DNA of 63,579 nucleotides, the filler included, from Pirum gemmata (lineage: Eukaryota): assembly GCA_002812295.1 (NCBI GenBank). It is 22 parts of 22 records of this genome, joined end to end, with 100 filler letters (N's around TTAATTAATTAA, not from the genome) between each part and the next. Parts side by side here need not be neighbours in the genome. Positions count along the whole stretch, not along the records: positions 60,900 to 63,579 come from PDIN01005001.1; 21 more parts are not named here. One strand, 5' to 3'. Shown here piece after piece: positions 63,243 through 63,579 of the stretch. The stretch's first letter is position 1. Each line of letters starts with the position of its first letter. A model generated the notes under the pieces. The model was not told the DNA's origin. It ran no database searches and saw only the letters and a program-made list of their open reading frames with translations. The position numbers were made by a program, and so were the translations under genes.

Positions 63243-63579
63243 AATACCAAATACCAATACTACAAGTATACTACAGCTAATACTACAACTAATACTACAC
63301 TAATACTACACTAATAATACTCTAACACACTACATACCGATGCCAAAATTCCCAAAACCATTTCCAATAAACAACCCAAATTTGACAAGAACTTCTTGCA
63401 AATTTGTAAAAAAAAAAAAAAATTAATAAAAACTTGCCTGACCAGCGCTAGCTAGATGGATTATTATTAGAACAAAAAAAAACCCCTCGAACTCATACCT
63501 GAGTATTACTTGGTAACTCAAACCACAAACTGGAAACAGTGTAAAAAATTTTAGGTAAAAAATCTATTTTTTTTTTTTT

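Overview
This window is not contiguous genome. It is about 22 short eukaryotic contigs/scaffolds (mostly ~2.7 kb) joined by an artificial 100-bp spacer (N44-TTAATTAATTAA-N44), so adjacency across spacers has no biological meaning. The DNA is very AT-rich, intron-rich (GT-AG), and full of microsatellites, interstitial (TTAGGG)n arrays and at least seven short terminal-inverted-repeat (MITE-like) families. It looks like a unicellular eukaryote, but I cannot name the taxon from the sequence. By splicing exons by hand I recognised fragments of: monomeric NADP-isocitrate dehydrogenase, a SMYD-type SET protein, a secreted bacterial-type glycoside-hydrolase-like protein, TMCO4/DUF726, class II DAHP synthase, an RBR E3 ligase, a Drs2/ATP8A P4-ATPase, an intronless GST, an erythromycin-esterase-family protein, Josephin, a Y-family polymerase (iota-like), an MPPED-like phosphoesterase, and a DIRS-like retrotransposon (gag-like ORF plus RT/RNase H). 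Family calls rest on motif recognition from memory, not database searches. The most interesting signals are: (1) several intron-containing genes of bacterial type; (2) telomere-repeat arrays inside introns that may supply CTAAC branch points; (3) repeated tandem duplication of exon boundaries; (4) an ~810-bp inverted duplication of an exon-like sequence; (5) TAGCTA/TAGACTA patches that may be stacked transposon excision footprints; (6) two genes whose exons are in permuted order across single-N joins, most likely a scaffolding error. No new biological system is demonstrated; these are testable leads.
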